DNA from: Candidatus Binatia bacterium
GTDB lineage: Bacteria; Desulfobacterota; Binatia; UBA9968; JAJDTQ01
Assembly: GCA_963666515.2 (NCBI GenBank)
Contig: OY762897.2
Span: forward strand, 992,001-1,056,000
Length of the DNA: 64,000 nt
Reading direction: 5' to 3'
Shown: positions 51,798 to 60,772 of the stretch, piece by piece
Numbering within the stretch: position 1 is the first letter of the stretch
How the letters are laid out: each line of letters begins with the position of its first letter
Translations under genes and position numbers: made by a program
Notes under the pieces: model-generated
Database searches by the model: none
Told to the model about the DNA's origin: nothing
The model's input: only the letters and a program-made list of their open reading frames with translations

Positions 51798-52159
51798 CGG
51801 CGCTTCAGATGATGCTTTCAATTGCGACCAAGGTTCTACTCAGTTCCGTAATCGACAGAAGCGAGGACGCTTCAGTGCCCCCCCCCCCAACTTATTGATT
51901 TATAACGGCTTTTCCTCAAAGTCCGCGTCTTTCTTTCAATCAGTTCCTTTTCCGTTCCACGCGGGTACAAATTCGCCTGAAGGAGCCGACGGGCATTCCC
52001 GTTGCCGCCCGCTTCACTTCACCCGGCCGTACACGGAACTTGCGCTCCGCCCTGCCAATACGCACACCGGCACGGTCGATACGCTTCTGCACTCGTTTGC
52101 GTACGGCACGGGTCCCGGATGGTCGTTTGTGACTCACGGTGACTGACGGAGGGTACGAG

Positions 52160-53488
52160 ATGGTTACGACAGTGCGACGGATGGCTCGCTACGCGCGTTT
52201 CCTTTGGCTCATGGCGGGATTGGCCGGCGCCTCTTCCCCCGCGCTTGCCGACATTGTCGAGCGGCTTCAGGCGGAGTCGTGGACCGTGGCGAGTAGCTGC
52301 GGGACGGAGTTCACCGATGATGCGTCCGTGGGCGCCCGCTGTCTCCTTCGGCACGGCCTTGATTTCATGGTGGACGAAGGGCTGCGCTATGCCGACGCGA
52401 TGGGAAAGGGGGCGTTCGGGGAGCGCTTCCAACTCGTCGGCGACTTGGCTTGGTCTTCGACTTCGACCGGCGTGGGGTTCGAGGGCGTTCTCGATGCCGT
52501 GGTTCCATTCTCCATCTCCGCTTCGTCGGACGGTCCGAGCGCGGGTTCGTCCCTGTTCTTACAGCAGGGAATCACGCGCTGGCAGGACGGTGGCGGCTCA
52601 ATCCGCAACGACCTGCGCCACGGCGTGACCCGCCGTTTCGCGTTGTCGGGTGGTCCGAATCTGGCAGTTGTCGGCGTGTCGCTACTGTACTTGCACAGCG
52701 CAGAATTAGGTCACCGGGTGATGACTCCCGTCGTTGACTACGCGGGACGTTGGGGAACGGGTTCGTTGCGCTACTTCCTGCCGACGACGAGTTGGCGGGC
52801 CGCGCGTCGCGGTTACGAAGAGCGCGCTCTGGAGGGCCTCGAACTCGTGATGCGCCTTGACCTGACGACGACCATCGGGTTGAAAGCGTCCGCCCATCGC
52901 TGGGAGGACGCAGACGGATCAGCTCGGTGGACCACCGGCGCCCGGGTGGGCCTCGACTGGCGTCCCCATCCGTGGCTGAAGCTGGGCGCGGGTTATCATG
53001 GGATCGGCCGGGACGACGATTCTGCATCGTTCCGCGCGATGCTGACGATTCCGTTGGGAGCCGGGTCGAAGCCGCCTCGCTGGGACGGCCTGGGTGTGGT
53101 AGCGCGAGGCTCTTCGCTCGATTACTCGGCACTATGGCGGAGGGTTGAGGACATAGGCCCGATCCGGGTCGCCACACGCGTTAGGACGTTTGACTCCTCC
53201 GGCGACGTAAAGGCCCGATTCCTGCAAGATAGCGTGGGCAGCGGTGAGGCCGTCCAAGTGGAGGTTTCACTTCGAGACGCGGTCCCGCAAGACGTCAAGG
53301 TGATCGTACGCCTAGTGCCGGGGCCGGGGAAGCACCCTGCCGTCGCCGGAGAAGACTTCTTCGATGAGCCAGTCGAGACGACGATAAGGGAAGGCACGAA
53401 GAGTACGGTGGTCTCGATTCCACTCCCGCGAAACCAGCATATCCAGGAGGTCCGAAGCCTGGGCGTTACCGCGTCGGTGGCGTCGTGA
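52160..53488 (+). CDS. Inverse autotransporter (intimin/invasin-like beta-barrel) with C-terminal Calx-beta-like domain
   Basis: Signal peptide; amphipathic strands (LDAVVPF, LFLQ.G, G...R, YFLP, EERALEG.E, G.RVGLDW); C-terminal A.AGEDF...I..G.....VSIP. Confidence 0.62.
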   Translation: MVTTVRRMARYARFLWLMAGLAGASSPALADIVERLQAESWTVASSCGTEFTDDASVGARCLLRHGLDFMVDEGLRYADAMGKGAFGERFQLVGDLAWSSTSTGVGFEGVLDAVVPFSISASSDGPSAGSSLFLQQGITRWQDGGGSIRNDLRHGVTRRFALSGGPNLAVVGVSLLYLHSAELGHRVMTPVVDYAGRWGTGSLRYFLPTTSWRAARRGYEERALEGLELVMRLDLTTTIGLKASAHRWEDADGSARWTTGARVGLDWRPHPWLKLGAGYHGIGRDDDSASFRAMLTIPLGAGSKPPRWDGLGVVARGSSLDYSALWRRVEDIGPIRVATRVRTFDSSGDVKARFLQDSVGSGEAVQVEVSLRDAVPQDVKVIVRLVPGPGKHPAVAGEDFFDEPVETTIREGTKSTVVSIPLPRNQHIQEVRSLGVTASVAS

Positions 53489-54024
53489 CGGGTTGTCACA
53501 ACGGTCCGTATCCTTGCCAAGGAGTCTTGTTGCAATGTCTTGGAAACGCTTCTCGATACAGTCGTTGGCACTCGTCGGTATTGTGGTATCAGGATGTTCT
53601 GGCTCAGGCCCTGATCCATACCGCGGCCCCGTCGTCGGGATAACTCCACCGGGCCTGTCGGTGACTTGGCGGGACGGGTGCGCCGACGGCCGTGAGATCG
53701 ATACGCGTTTCTTCGAGTTCTCGGGTGGAAGACGGACCCGGACGTGGCCATCGGACAGCTCCCGGGTGTACAGGGTCGGGACATCTTCCCGCACGGTCCG
53801 GTTGGACTGCACTCCGGGTCGCACTGTCGCCTACGGCGCACGTCCTCGGGGTATGAGCCAGGGGCAGTACTGGGGACTGGGCTTGGCTGGCGACCAATCC
53901 TGCCCGGCCGGAGTTTCCTGTTCGGTCACGTGTCCGCAAGGGAGTGAAACCTGGAGCATTGGTGCGCTTGTCTGCACACAGCCCACGAACAACCGGCCGG
54001 AGGTGCGGCGGTCGATCCCGAACA

Positions 54025-55898
54025 CTAGAATCCTTGATCGACAGGATCTTGACTCAGGAAGACAAGATATTTGAACTGGACTTCGTTCGTACATGAATAC
54101 TATCGTAGGCCATCGCGAGTTGTAACGCTCGGTAGTTTAAGCGACGAGCTTCGCCTCATCGCAAATGGCATCGAGGTTCCTGGTGATGGCGGCAAAGCGC
54201 CGATGGGTCTTGGTATTGCCGCTCACGGCGTCGGGCGCAAGATGGGCCAGGCCGGGGCGAAGGATGCGGTTGTAGACACGCGTGTAGAACATCGCCACCT
54301 TGAGGCCGTGTTCGGTCAAGTGGTAGCGGTAGGCGCCGGGGATGCGCTCGATCAGGCCGTGCAGGCGCAGGCGTCTCAGGTCGTAACTCATTCGGCCCGG
54401 GCGCATTGGACTGGGATCGAGGCCCAGGAGTGCACCGAGGTGCCCGCGCAGGTCGCGGTTGGAGAAGCCGCGGGCCGAAAGAGTGAACAAGAGCAGGGCC
54501 TGCATCAGAGCCTGCACGCGCTCATCGGCGAAGCGCAGGGCCGAGGCGCGTTGTCCGTGGAACTCCAGGCCGCGTTGATGGCGTTGGAGTTCGTCTTCAC
54601 CCAGGGCACAGTCGTGGCTGATGGTTTCTATCTGCAACAGACGACGGTTGGCTGTGAAGCCGACCTGGCACAACGCCGCCAGGTTAGACAGCCGCCGGCC
54701 CAGGGCGAAGTCATAGGTGTCGTTGACGGTGGTCTCGGTGCGCAGCGCCTGCCCTTCCTTGTGGTACTGCTTGATGCGCGAGTGCTTGTAGTCCACGTGC
54801 AAGGAAGGGGTGACGCCTGCGGTGATGACCCGGGTACGGAACCGACCGGGGGTGCGCCGGGTGACCCGGCGCTGGAAGATCAACTGCACCTGGCTGGGGC
54901 GACCGAGATCGAGGTTCTCGCGGATCACGTCCTCGAAAAAGACGCGGCCCGAGGCCGGGCGGTCGAGCACCTGGGTCAGGCTGAACTCCGCTTGCAGGAT
55001 GGAGATGTCGTAGCGCAGACCGGCGCGACGGTCCTGAGGCGTATACGGATGCGGCAGGCGATCGAACCACTTGCGCGCCAGTCTGTCGATGAAAGCGGCA
55101 TCGAAGCCTTCGCAGATCTGTTGCAGCGCCTCGGGGTCTCCGCAGCAGCGCACGCCGTTGTCCAAAGCCTCGAACGGGATGCCGCGCTCGCGCAACTGGC
55201 ACTTGGCGTACTCGTTGCCGTTGAGGCACAGCTTGCCGTTGTACGGGAAGTAGGTGCAGAACTTGATGAAGAACGGCCCCGCCTGTTTGTCCACGCAATA
55301 GAAATACACATGGTTGACCATCGCGGTAGACGAGACCACCCACGGATAGGTGACCCCGGTGTCCGGGTTCCGGCGCCGCTCGGTGCGCATCACACGGGCC
55401 TTCTCCTGCGCTATCCCGATGTACAAAACCCCTTCGGTTCCCTTGAACCGCCCCAGGTACTCCTGCGTCACCTCGTCCTTGCGCTGGCCCTTCTTGAAGT
55501 GCACCACCTCGATCTGCTCCCGCTCCGCAAAGTCCTTCACCGCCTGCACGAACTCCCGACTCTTGGGCGCCAGCGCCACCGTCGACGCAAACCGCTGGCC
55601 ATGGTGCTTGTGCAGATACCCCACTACCCCGCCCACGCTCTGCAACTGCGGCACATACAGGTTCAAGTACAGGCGATCCACCGACTCGTATTCCAGCGTC
55701 ACGTGATCGCGCAATACTTCCGCTACGGTTTGTGGTAGGCTCATGTCCGGCTCCGGTTGCTTCGGGCTTTTATGCCCATTTGACCCTTTGAGGTCCGACC
55801 TTGCAAGGTCCCATGACCAGGGATTCAATCCCTGCTACAAGCGACCGGAGCCAATCCCCTTACCCCCTCGTCGGTCTGAGGCGAAGCCTCGCTAGAAT
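54025..55898 (-). mobile_element. Insertion element without TIRs, bounded by CTAGAAT at both junctions
   Basis: CTAGAAT at 54025-54031 and 55892-55898; clean gene interruption; single ORF; hairpinned ends. Confidence 0.85.
54137..55744 (-). CDS. Putative transposase of the element (535 aa; Rep_trans-like motifs plus C-terminal winged helix)
   Basis: VDRLYLN, YFY, ILQAEFS, HVDYKHSRIKQYHK, LRTETT; wHTH GFSNRDLR...MSYDLRRLRLHGLIERIP...RYHLT; GGAG RBS before the ATG at 55744. Confidence 0.75.
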   Translation of the reverse strand: MSLPQTVAEVLRDHVTLEYESVDRLYLNLYVPQLQSVGGVVGYLHKHHGQRFASTVALAPKSREFVQAVKDFAEREQIEVVHFKKGQRKDEVTQEYLGRFKGTEGVLYIGIAQEKARVMRTERRRNPDTGVTYPWVVSSTAMVNHVYFYCVDKQAGPFFIKFCTYFPYNGKLCLNGNEYAKCQLRERGIPFEALDNGVRCCGDPEALQQICEGFDAAFIDRLARKWFDRLPHPYTPQDRRAGLRYDISILQAEFSLTQVLDRPASGRVFFEDVIRENLDLGRPSQVQLIFQRRVTRRTPGRFRTRVITAGVTPSLHVDYKHSRIKQYHKEGQALRTETTVNDTYDFALGRRLSNLAALCQVGFTANRRLLQIETISHDCALGEDELQRHQRGLEFHGQRASALRFADERVQALMQALLLFTLSARGFSNRDLRGHLGALLGLDPSPMRPGRMSYDLRRLRLHGLIERIPGAYRYHLTEHGLKVAMFYTRVYNRILRPGLAHLAPDAVSGNTKTHRRFAAITRNLDAICDEAKLVA

Positions 55899-56702
55899 AG
55901 AGGAGAGGCAGACTGCGAGCCTGTCCGGTGTCTTCGTTGACCCCGACGGCGATACGCTCAGCATCTCGGCGACATCGAGCGCGATCGAATACGTGACCGT
56001 GAGCGTGTCGGGAGGTGAGGTCAGGTTTACCGGGAGAAAGGCCGGCTCCGCGACCATAACGGTGACCGCGCGGGACCCCGGCGGCCTGAGCGCCCAGGTT
56101 CGATTTGTCGTGACCGTCAGCACAAGCACAACACCGCCCCGGAACGGCGGCACTAACCTGTTCGCGAAGCATTGTATTCGGTTTGAAAGGAAAGGACAAG
56201 TCGGGTCTCTTAAGGATCCTGACAAGTACGGTTTCCGAAACATTTGCAATCGTAAGGTTATTGTAAACTGGTGTACAGTATCCGGCGCTTCAAGGCTGTG
56301 GCACCGCTGCGTTGGTGAGGGGTATGAGGCTGCGACGACTTTGGACCCTCATGAGATAGCATGGTCTTATAATCCCATTATTGGTGAAGATGATGAACGT
56401 CGTTATACTTACGGTGTCCATTATGCGGCATGTTACTGGCATCACCATGCGGTGGCGGCCGAATTCAATGGAGTTATTCCGACCAAGTACAGGTGCCGTT
56501 GAATGCGGTCTCAACACATGCTGGATTATTCCGCTCGCTCGCCGTGGCGTGGCGACTTTGCCCACACCGGTTGATTACGACATGAAGAGGGGAAAGTGAC
56601 AGATACCCCACCCTCAGGACGACGAGAGTCGTCGGAGCTTTGCTGCTGTAGCTTTCTGGACGCTGAGCGCCGTGCCCTTTTCATTGCAGTTTCACGCTAC
56701 TG

Positions 56703-57251
56703 GTGGTAGGTTTCGCGAGTTTCGTGGAATTCGGAGACGCAACTTCAGCGCCGTGGTCTGTCGAGCCTGAGGTCTTGGACACCGATGACAATAGGCGCCT
56801 CCGCTCTCTTCTTACGGCGCGATGCGAAAACGCGCCGAAGTCTTCGCGGAAGAGTGAACACCAGGGCCAGGGCGAAGAGACAAGTGAGGGCCGGGACAGG
56901 CGCTGGCCCGACGCCAGTCGCTATGAAAGAGGCATGAAACTCGTTTTGAGCATCGCAGGCGTTTCCGTCGGCGTCATGGGATTGTTCGGTGATTCCCTGC
57001 AGCCGGCCCGGATACCCGACGTCCTCGTCCGCATTCTCGGAACGGGGAGTTCGGTTTCGACCTACCTGGCCGTGCTTCTGTTCCTGGCCTTTCTCCACTT
57101 CCCGAATATCCTCAGACTCGCGGCTCCAGGTAGTCGGCAGGACTCTGTAGGGGCGCTGGTCGCCACCACAGGGGTCTATCTCAACGCAGGCTCCCTGCGT
57201 GCGCTGTTGAAGGTGGAGGCGAGGCATGGTGCGGCCGGTTGTGGATGTTGA
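56703..57251 (+). CDS. Hypothetical small membrane protein (doubtful)
   Basis: Two hydrophobic stretches after M at ~56934; no recognisable motif. Confidence 0.25.
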   Translation: MVGFASFVEFGDATSAPWSVEPEVLDTDDNRRLRSLLTARCENAPKSSRKSEHQGQGEETSEGRDRRWPDASRYERGMKLVLSIAGVSVGVMGLFGDSLQPARIPDVLVRILGTGSSVSTYLAVLLFLAFLHFPNILRLAAPGSRQDSVGALVATTGVYLNAGSLRALLKVEARHGAAGCGC

Positions 57252-57284
57252 ACTGTACAAGTTGAAAAGCTCCCCCGCTCTGGC

Positions 57285-57314
57285 TTGACACCCCGAAAGA
57301 TACGTGGATAAAGT
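57285..57314 (+). promoter_or_regulatory. Putative sigma70 promoter for the tctC array
   Basis: TTGACA, 18 bp, TAAAGT; AGGAGG RBS downstream. Confidence 0.5.
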
Positions 57315-57352
57315 CTCCCGGTGCGAAAGATCAACCCTGACAGGAGGTACCG

Positions 57353-58372
57353 ATGAGACTATTCATGGCCATGATGGCCCTGCTTTTGGCTGTCATGATA
57401 TCGAGTCCGCTCCACGGCGCGGATTTCTACAAGGGCAAGAAGATACGCCTGATCGTGTCGTCGTCTCCGGGCGGCGGTAACGATACCTACTCCCGGCTCA
57501 TCGCGCGGCACATCTCCCGGCATATTCCGGGCAATCCTTCCATCATCGTTCAGAACATGCCGGGCGCGGGCGGCGTCATGGCGGCGGATTACCTTTACCG
57601 CAAGGCCAAGCGGGACGGCACCGTGATGGAGCAGATCAACTGGGGCGTGTGGTTCCACCAGGTGGTCGGCGACAAGCGCGCCCGTTTCGACTTCAACAAG
57701 ATCAACGCCCTCGGCGTCGCCGCCATCGAGAGCGCCATCCTTTTCACCCGCAAGAGCGAGTTCCCCACCTGGGAGTCGGTGATGGCCTCCAAGAAGCTCA
57801 TCACCAGCGGCAACAGCGGGCGCCAGTCGCTGGGCCACACCATGGGCAAGGTGATGGAGAAGCTCGTCGGCAAGAAGATCTTCGACTACATCTTCGGTTA
57901 TCCCGGCGCGCGCCAGTACAGTCTCGCGTTCCGGCAGGGCGAGGTGCAGTCTTCCGGCAACACCCCGGGCTCGTTCAGGGACCAGCTAGGCGACATGTGG
58001 GACGATGGCAAGATTGCCATGCTGGTGCAGGCCCCCACGCCCGAGGGAGGCAGGACCAAGGAGTTCCCGAACACGCCGACGTTGCTGGACTTCGCCAAGA
58101 CCGCCGAGCACCGGCAACTCATCAAGGTGACCTTCGGCCTCACGCACTACGGCCGTCCGTACGCGATGCCGCCGGGCACGCCCAAGGACCGTGTCGAGCT
58201 CATGCGCAAGGCCTTCACCGCCACCATGAACGACCCCAAGTTCCTGGCGGAGGCCAAGCGGCTCAAGCGCGACATCATCCCGTCCACGGGCGCCCAGCTC
58301 CAGCAGCTCTGGAAGGACGTCCTCAGCGCGCCACCCGAGAACGTGGCCATCATCAAGGACATCTGGCTGTAG
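57353..58372 (+). CDS. TTT substrate-binding protein TctC/Bug, copy 1
   Basis: DFYKGKKIRLIV...GGGND.Y.R, QNMPGAGG, GRPYA.PPG.P. Confidence 0.9.
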   Translation: MRLFMAMMALLLAVMISSPLHGADFYKGKKIRLIVSSSPGGGNDTYSRLIARHISRHIPGNPSIIVQNMPGAGGVMAADYLYRKAKRDGTVMEQINWGVWFHQVVGDKRARFDFNKINALGVAAIESAILFTRKSEFPTWESVMASKKLITSGNSGRQSLGHTMGKVMEKLVGKKIFDYIFGYPGARQYSLAFRQGEVQSSGNTPGSFRDQLGDMWDDGKIAMLVQAPTPEGGRTKEFPNTPTLLDFAKTAEHRQLIKVTFGLTHYGRPYAMPPGTPKDRVELMRKAFTATMNDPKFLAEAKRLKRDIIPSTGAQLQQLWKDVLSAPPENVAIIKDIWL

Positions 58373-58410
58373 GGTATCGACACGCTGTTGAGCGGTACTT
58401 ACTGTAAGGC

Positions 58411-58438
58411 GGCGCCGGGAGTGAAGGCTCCCGGCGCC
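58411..58438. terminator. GC-rich hairpin between tctC copies 1 and 2
   Basis: GGCGCCGGGAG / CTCCCGGCGCC, followed by an A-run. Confidence 0.55.
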
Positions 58439-58461
58439 TCAAAAAAACCAGGGAGGTAACA

Positions 58462-59502
58462 ATGAAGGCAGTATTGGGTCTCGCGACGCTCGCGTTGTTC
58501 CTTTTCGGAGTTGGAAACGCGGCGGCGGCGGACTTCTACAAGGGCAAGAAGATCCGGCTGATCGTTTCGTCTTCGCCCGGCGGCGGCAACGACACCTACT
58601 CGCGGCTGTTGGCGCGTCACATCGGCCGGCACATACCGGGAAACCCCTCCATCATCGTGCAGAACATGCCGGGAGCCGGCGGCGTCCGCGCGGCCAGCTA
58701 CCTTTACAACAAGGCGAAGCGCGACGGCACCGTCATGGAGCAGATCAACTGGGGCGTGTGGAACTGGCAGGTGGTGGGTGACAAGGCTCGTGGCAGCCAG
58801 TTCGACTTCAACAAGATGCAGGCCATCGGCGTCATCATCATCGAGAACGGTCTGATCTACAGCCGCAAGGACCGCTTCAAATCGCTGGACGACATCAAGA
58901 AGTCGGGCAAGCTGGCCAGGGTGGGCATCAGCGGCAACCAGTCCAGCGGCTTCGTGATCGGCAACATCCTCGAGAAGCTGCGCGGCGAGACGCTGTTCGA
59001 GTACGTCTTCGGCTATCCCGGCGCGCGCCAGTACAGCCTCGCGTTCCGGCAGGGCGAGGTGGACGTCTCGGGCAACGTGACTTCCTCGTTCATGGATCAG
59101 CTCGGGGACATGTGGAAGGCGGGGGACATCATCATGCTCGCCCAGACCGGTACGGTGAAGGGAGAGAAGGCCCCGGAGTTCCCGAACGCTCCGTTGCTCG
59201 AGGACTTGGCCAAGACCGAGAAGCAGAAGAACCTGGTGCGGGCGACTTTCCTGCTTTCTCGCTACGGGCGGCCGTACGCCTTCCCCCCGGGAGTTCCCGC
59301 GGACCGCGTCGCGCTCGTGCGCAAGGCGTTTGACGCCACCATGAAGGACCCGAAGTTCATCGCGGAAGGCAAGAAGCTCGGCCGCGACGTCGACCCCACC
59401 AGCGGTGCGGACCTGCAAAAGATGTGGAAGGATTCGCTGGGCGCCTCGCCGGAGGACAAGGCCATCGTGTCGCAGATCTTCAACCCCAAGGGCAAGAAGT
59501 AG
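58462..59502 (+). CDS. TTT substrate-binding protein TctC/Bug, copy 2
   Basis: Same motifs as copy 1; GGAGG RBS. Confidence 0.9.
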   Translation: MKAVLGLATLALFLFGVGNAAAADFYKGKKIRLIVSSSPGGGNDTYSRLLARHIGRHIPGNPSIIVQNMPGAGGVRAASYLYNKAKRDGTVMEQINWGVWNWQVVGDKARGSQFDFNKMQAIGVIIIENGLIYSRKDRFKSLDDIKKSGKLARVGISGNQSSGFVIGNILEKLRGETLFEYVFGYPGARQYSLAFRQGEVDVSGNVTSSFMDQLGDMWKAGDIIMLAQTGTVKGEKAPEFPNAPLLEDLAKTEKQKNLVRATFLLSRYGRPYAFPPGVPADRVALVRKAFDATMKDPKFIAEGKKLGRDVDPTSGADLQKMWKDSLGASPEDKAIVSQIFNPKGKK

Positions 59503-59534
59503 CACCTGTCAGGACTGCCGGGTGCAGTAAATCG

Positions 59535-59565
59535 GGGTGCCGGGGGCCGAGTGTCCCCGGCACCC
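59535..59565 (+). terminator. Hairpin between tctC copies 2 and 3
   Basis: GGGTGCCGGGG / CCCCGGCACCC followed by TTCGTTT. Confidence 0.5.
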
Positions 59566-59590
59566 TTCGTTTGAAAGCCGGGAGGTGACC

Positions 59591-60631
59591 ATGAAGGCTG
59601 TACTGAGTCTCGTAATGCTCGCGCTGTTCCTGTTCGGCGCGGGCCCGGCAGGGGCGGCGGACTTCTACAAGGGCAAGAAGATCCGGCTGATCGTCTCGTC
59701 TTCGCCCGGCGGCGGCAACGACACCTACTCGCGGCTGCTGGCGCGTCATCTTGGCAGAAACATTCCGGGAAACCCTTCCATCATCGTGCAGAACATGCCG
59801 GGGGCCGGCGGCGTGCGCGCGGCCAGCTACCTCTACAACAAGGCCAGGCGCGACGGCACGGTCATGGAGCAGATCAACTGGGGGGTGTGGAACTGGCAGG
59901 TGGTGGGCGACAAGAAGCGCGGCGGCCAGTTCGACTTCAACAAGATGAACGCCATCGGCGTCATCGTCATCGAGAATGGCCTCTTCTACACCCGGAAGGA
60001 CCGCTTCAAGTCGCTGGACGAGATCAAGCAGTCGGGCAAGCTGGCCCGGGTCGGCATCAGCGGCAACCAATCCGGCGGCTTCGTCATGGGCAACATCCTG
60101 GAGAAGCTGCGCGGCGAGAAGCTGTTCGAGTATGTCTTCGGCTATCCGGGGGCGCGCCAGTACAGTCTCGCGCTCAGGCAGGGCGAGGTGGACGCCTCCG
60201 GCAACGTGACCTCGTCGTTTCTGGATCAGCTCGGCGACATGTGGCACGAAGGGAAGCTCGTCATGCTCGCCCAGACCGGCACGGTGGAGGGCAAGAAGGC
60301 TCCCGAGTTCCCGGACGCTCCGTTGCTGGAGGACATGGCCAAGACCGAGAAACAGAAGAACCTCGTAAAGGCCACCTTCCTGCTCTCGCGCTACGGGCGT
60401 CCCTACTCCATGCCGCCGGGAGTGCCGGCGGAGCGCGTCGCGCTGGTGCGCAAGGCCTTCGACGCGACCATGAAGGACCCCAAGTTCCTGGCGGAGGCCA
60501 AGAAGCTCAAGCGTCCGGTCAACCCCACGAAGGGCGCGGACCTCCAGAGGATGTGGAAGGATTCGATCGCCGCCTCACCGGAAGACAAGGCCATCGTGTC
60601 GCAGATATTCAACCCCAAGGGCGGGAAGTAG
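59591..60631 (+). CDS. TTT substrate-binding protein TctC/Bug, copy 3 (very similar to copy 2)
   Basis: Long identical peptide blocks shared with copy 2; GGAGG RBS. Confidence 0.9.
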   Translation: MKAVLSLVMLALFLFGAGPAGAADFYKGKKIRLIVSSSPGGGNDTYSRLLARHLGRNIPGNPSIIVQNMPGAGGVRAASYLYNKARRDGTVMEQINWGVWNWQVVGDKKRGGQFDFNKMNAIGVIVIENGLFYTRKDRFKSLDEIKQSGKLARVGISGNQSGGFVMGNILEKLRGEKLFEYVFGYPGARQYSLALRQGEVDASGNVTSSFLDQLGDMWHEGKLVMLAQTGTVEGKKAPEFPDAPLLEDMAKTEKQKNLVKATFLLSRYGRPYSMPPGVPAERVALVRKAFDATMKDPKFLAEAKKLKRPVNPTKGADLQRMWKDSIAASPEDKAIVSQIFNPKGGK

Positions 60632-60661
60632 TACCGGTCGAGAACAACCGGAGTCACAAAG

Positions 60662-60700
60662 AAGGGCGCCGGGGACATGCAGTCCCCGGCGCCCTTTGTA
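60662..60700. terminator. Rho-independent, probably bidirectional terminator
   Basis: AAGGGCGCCGGGGAC / GTCCCCGGCGCCCTTT between convergent genes. Confidence 0.7.
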
Positions 60701-60714
60701 TTCTGGTCGGAATC

Positions 60715-60741
60715 GTCATTCCGGCGAAAGCCGGAATCCAG
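60715..60741 (+). repeat. Single REP unit
   Basis: Identical to 43793-43819. Confidence 0.8.
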
Positions 60742-60772
60742 GGGGTGGGGGAGGGGCGGGGCCGAACCCCGG

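Larger units (their letters stand above)
53535..56502 (+). pseudogene. Cys-rich lipoprotein with cadherin/Ig-like domain, split by an insertion element (fragments 53535-54031 and 55899-56502)
   Basis: Lipobox VVSG-C. Removing 54032-55898 restores the in-frame sequence NNRPEVRRSIPNTRI-EERQTASLSGVFVDPDGDTL...G.ATITVTARDPGGLSA. Confidence 0.82.

Noticed and set aside
54071-55738. 555-aa + strand ORF inside the element
   Set aside because: Antisense shadow of the - strand gene; no motifs, and typical of high-GC DNA.
54032-55891. Classical DDE IS with terminal inverted repeats
   Set aside because: The ends (CCTTGATCGACAGG versus reverse-complemented CGAGGCTTCGCCTC) are not complementary and no DDE motif is evident. 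Not formally excluded without a structure search.
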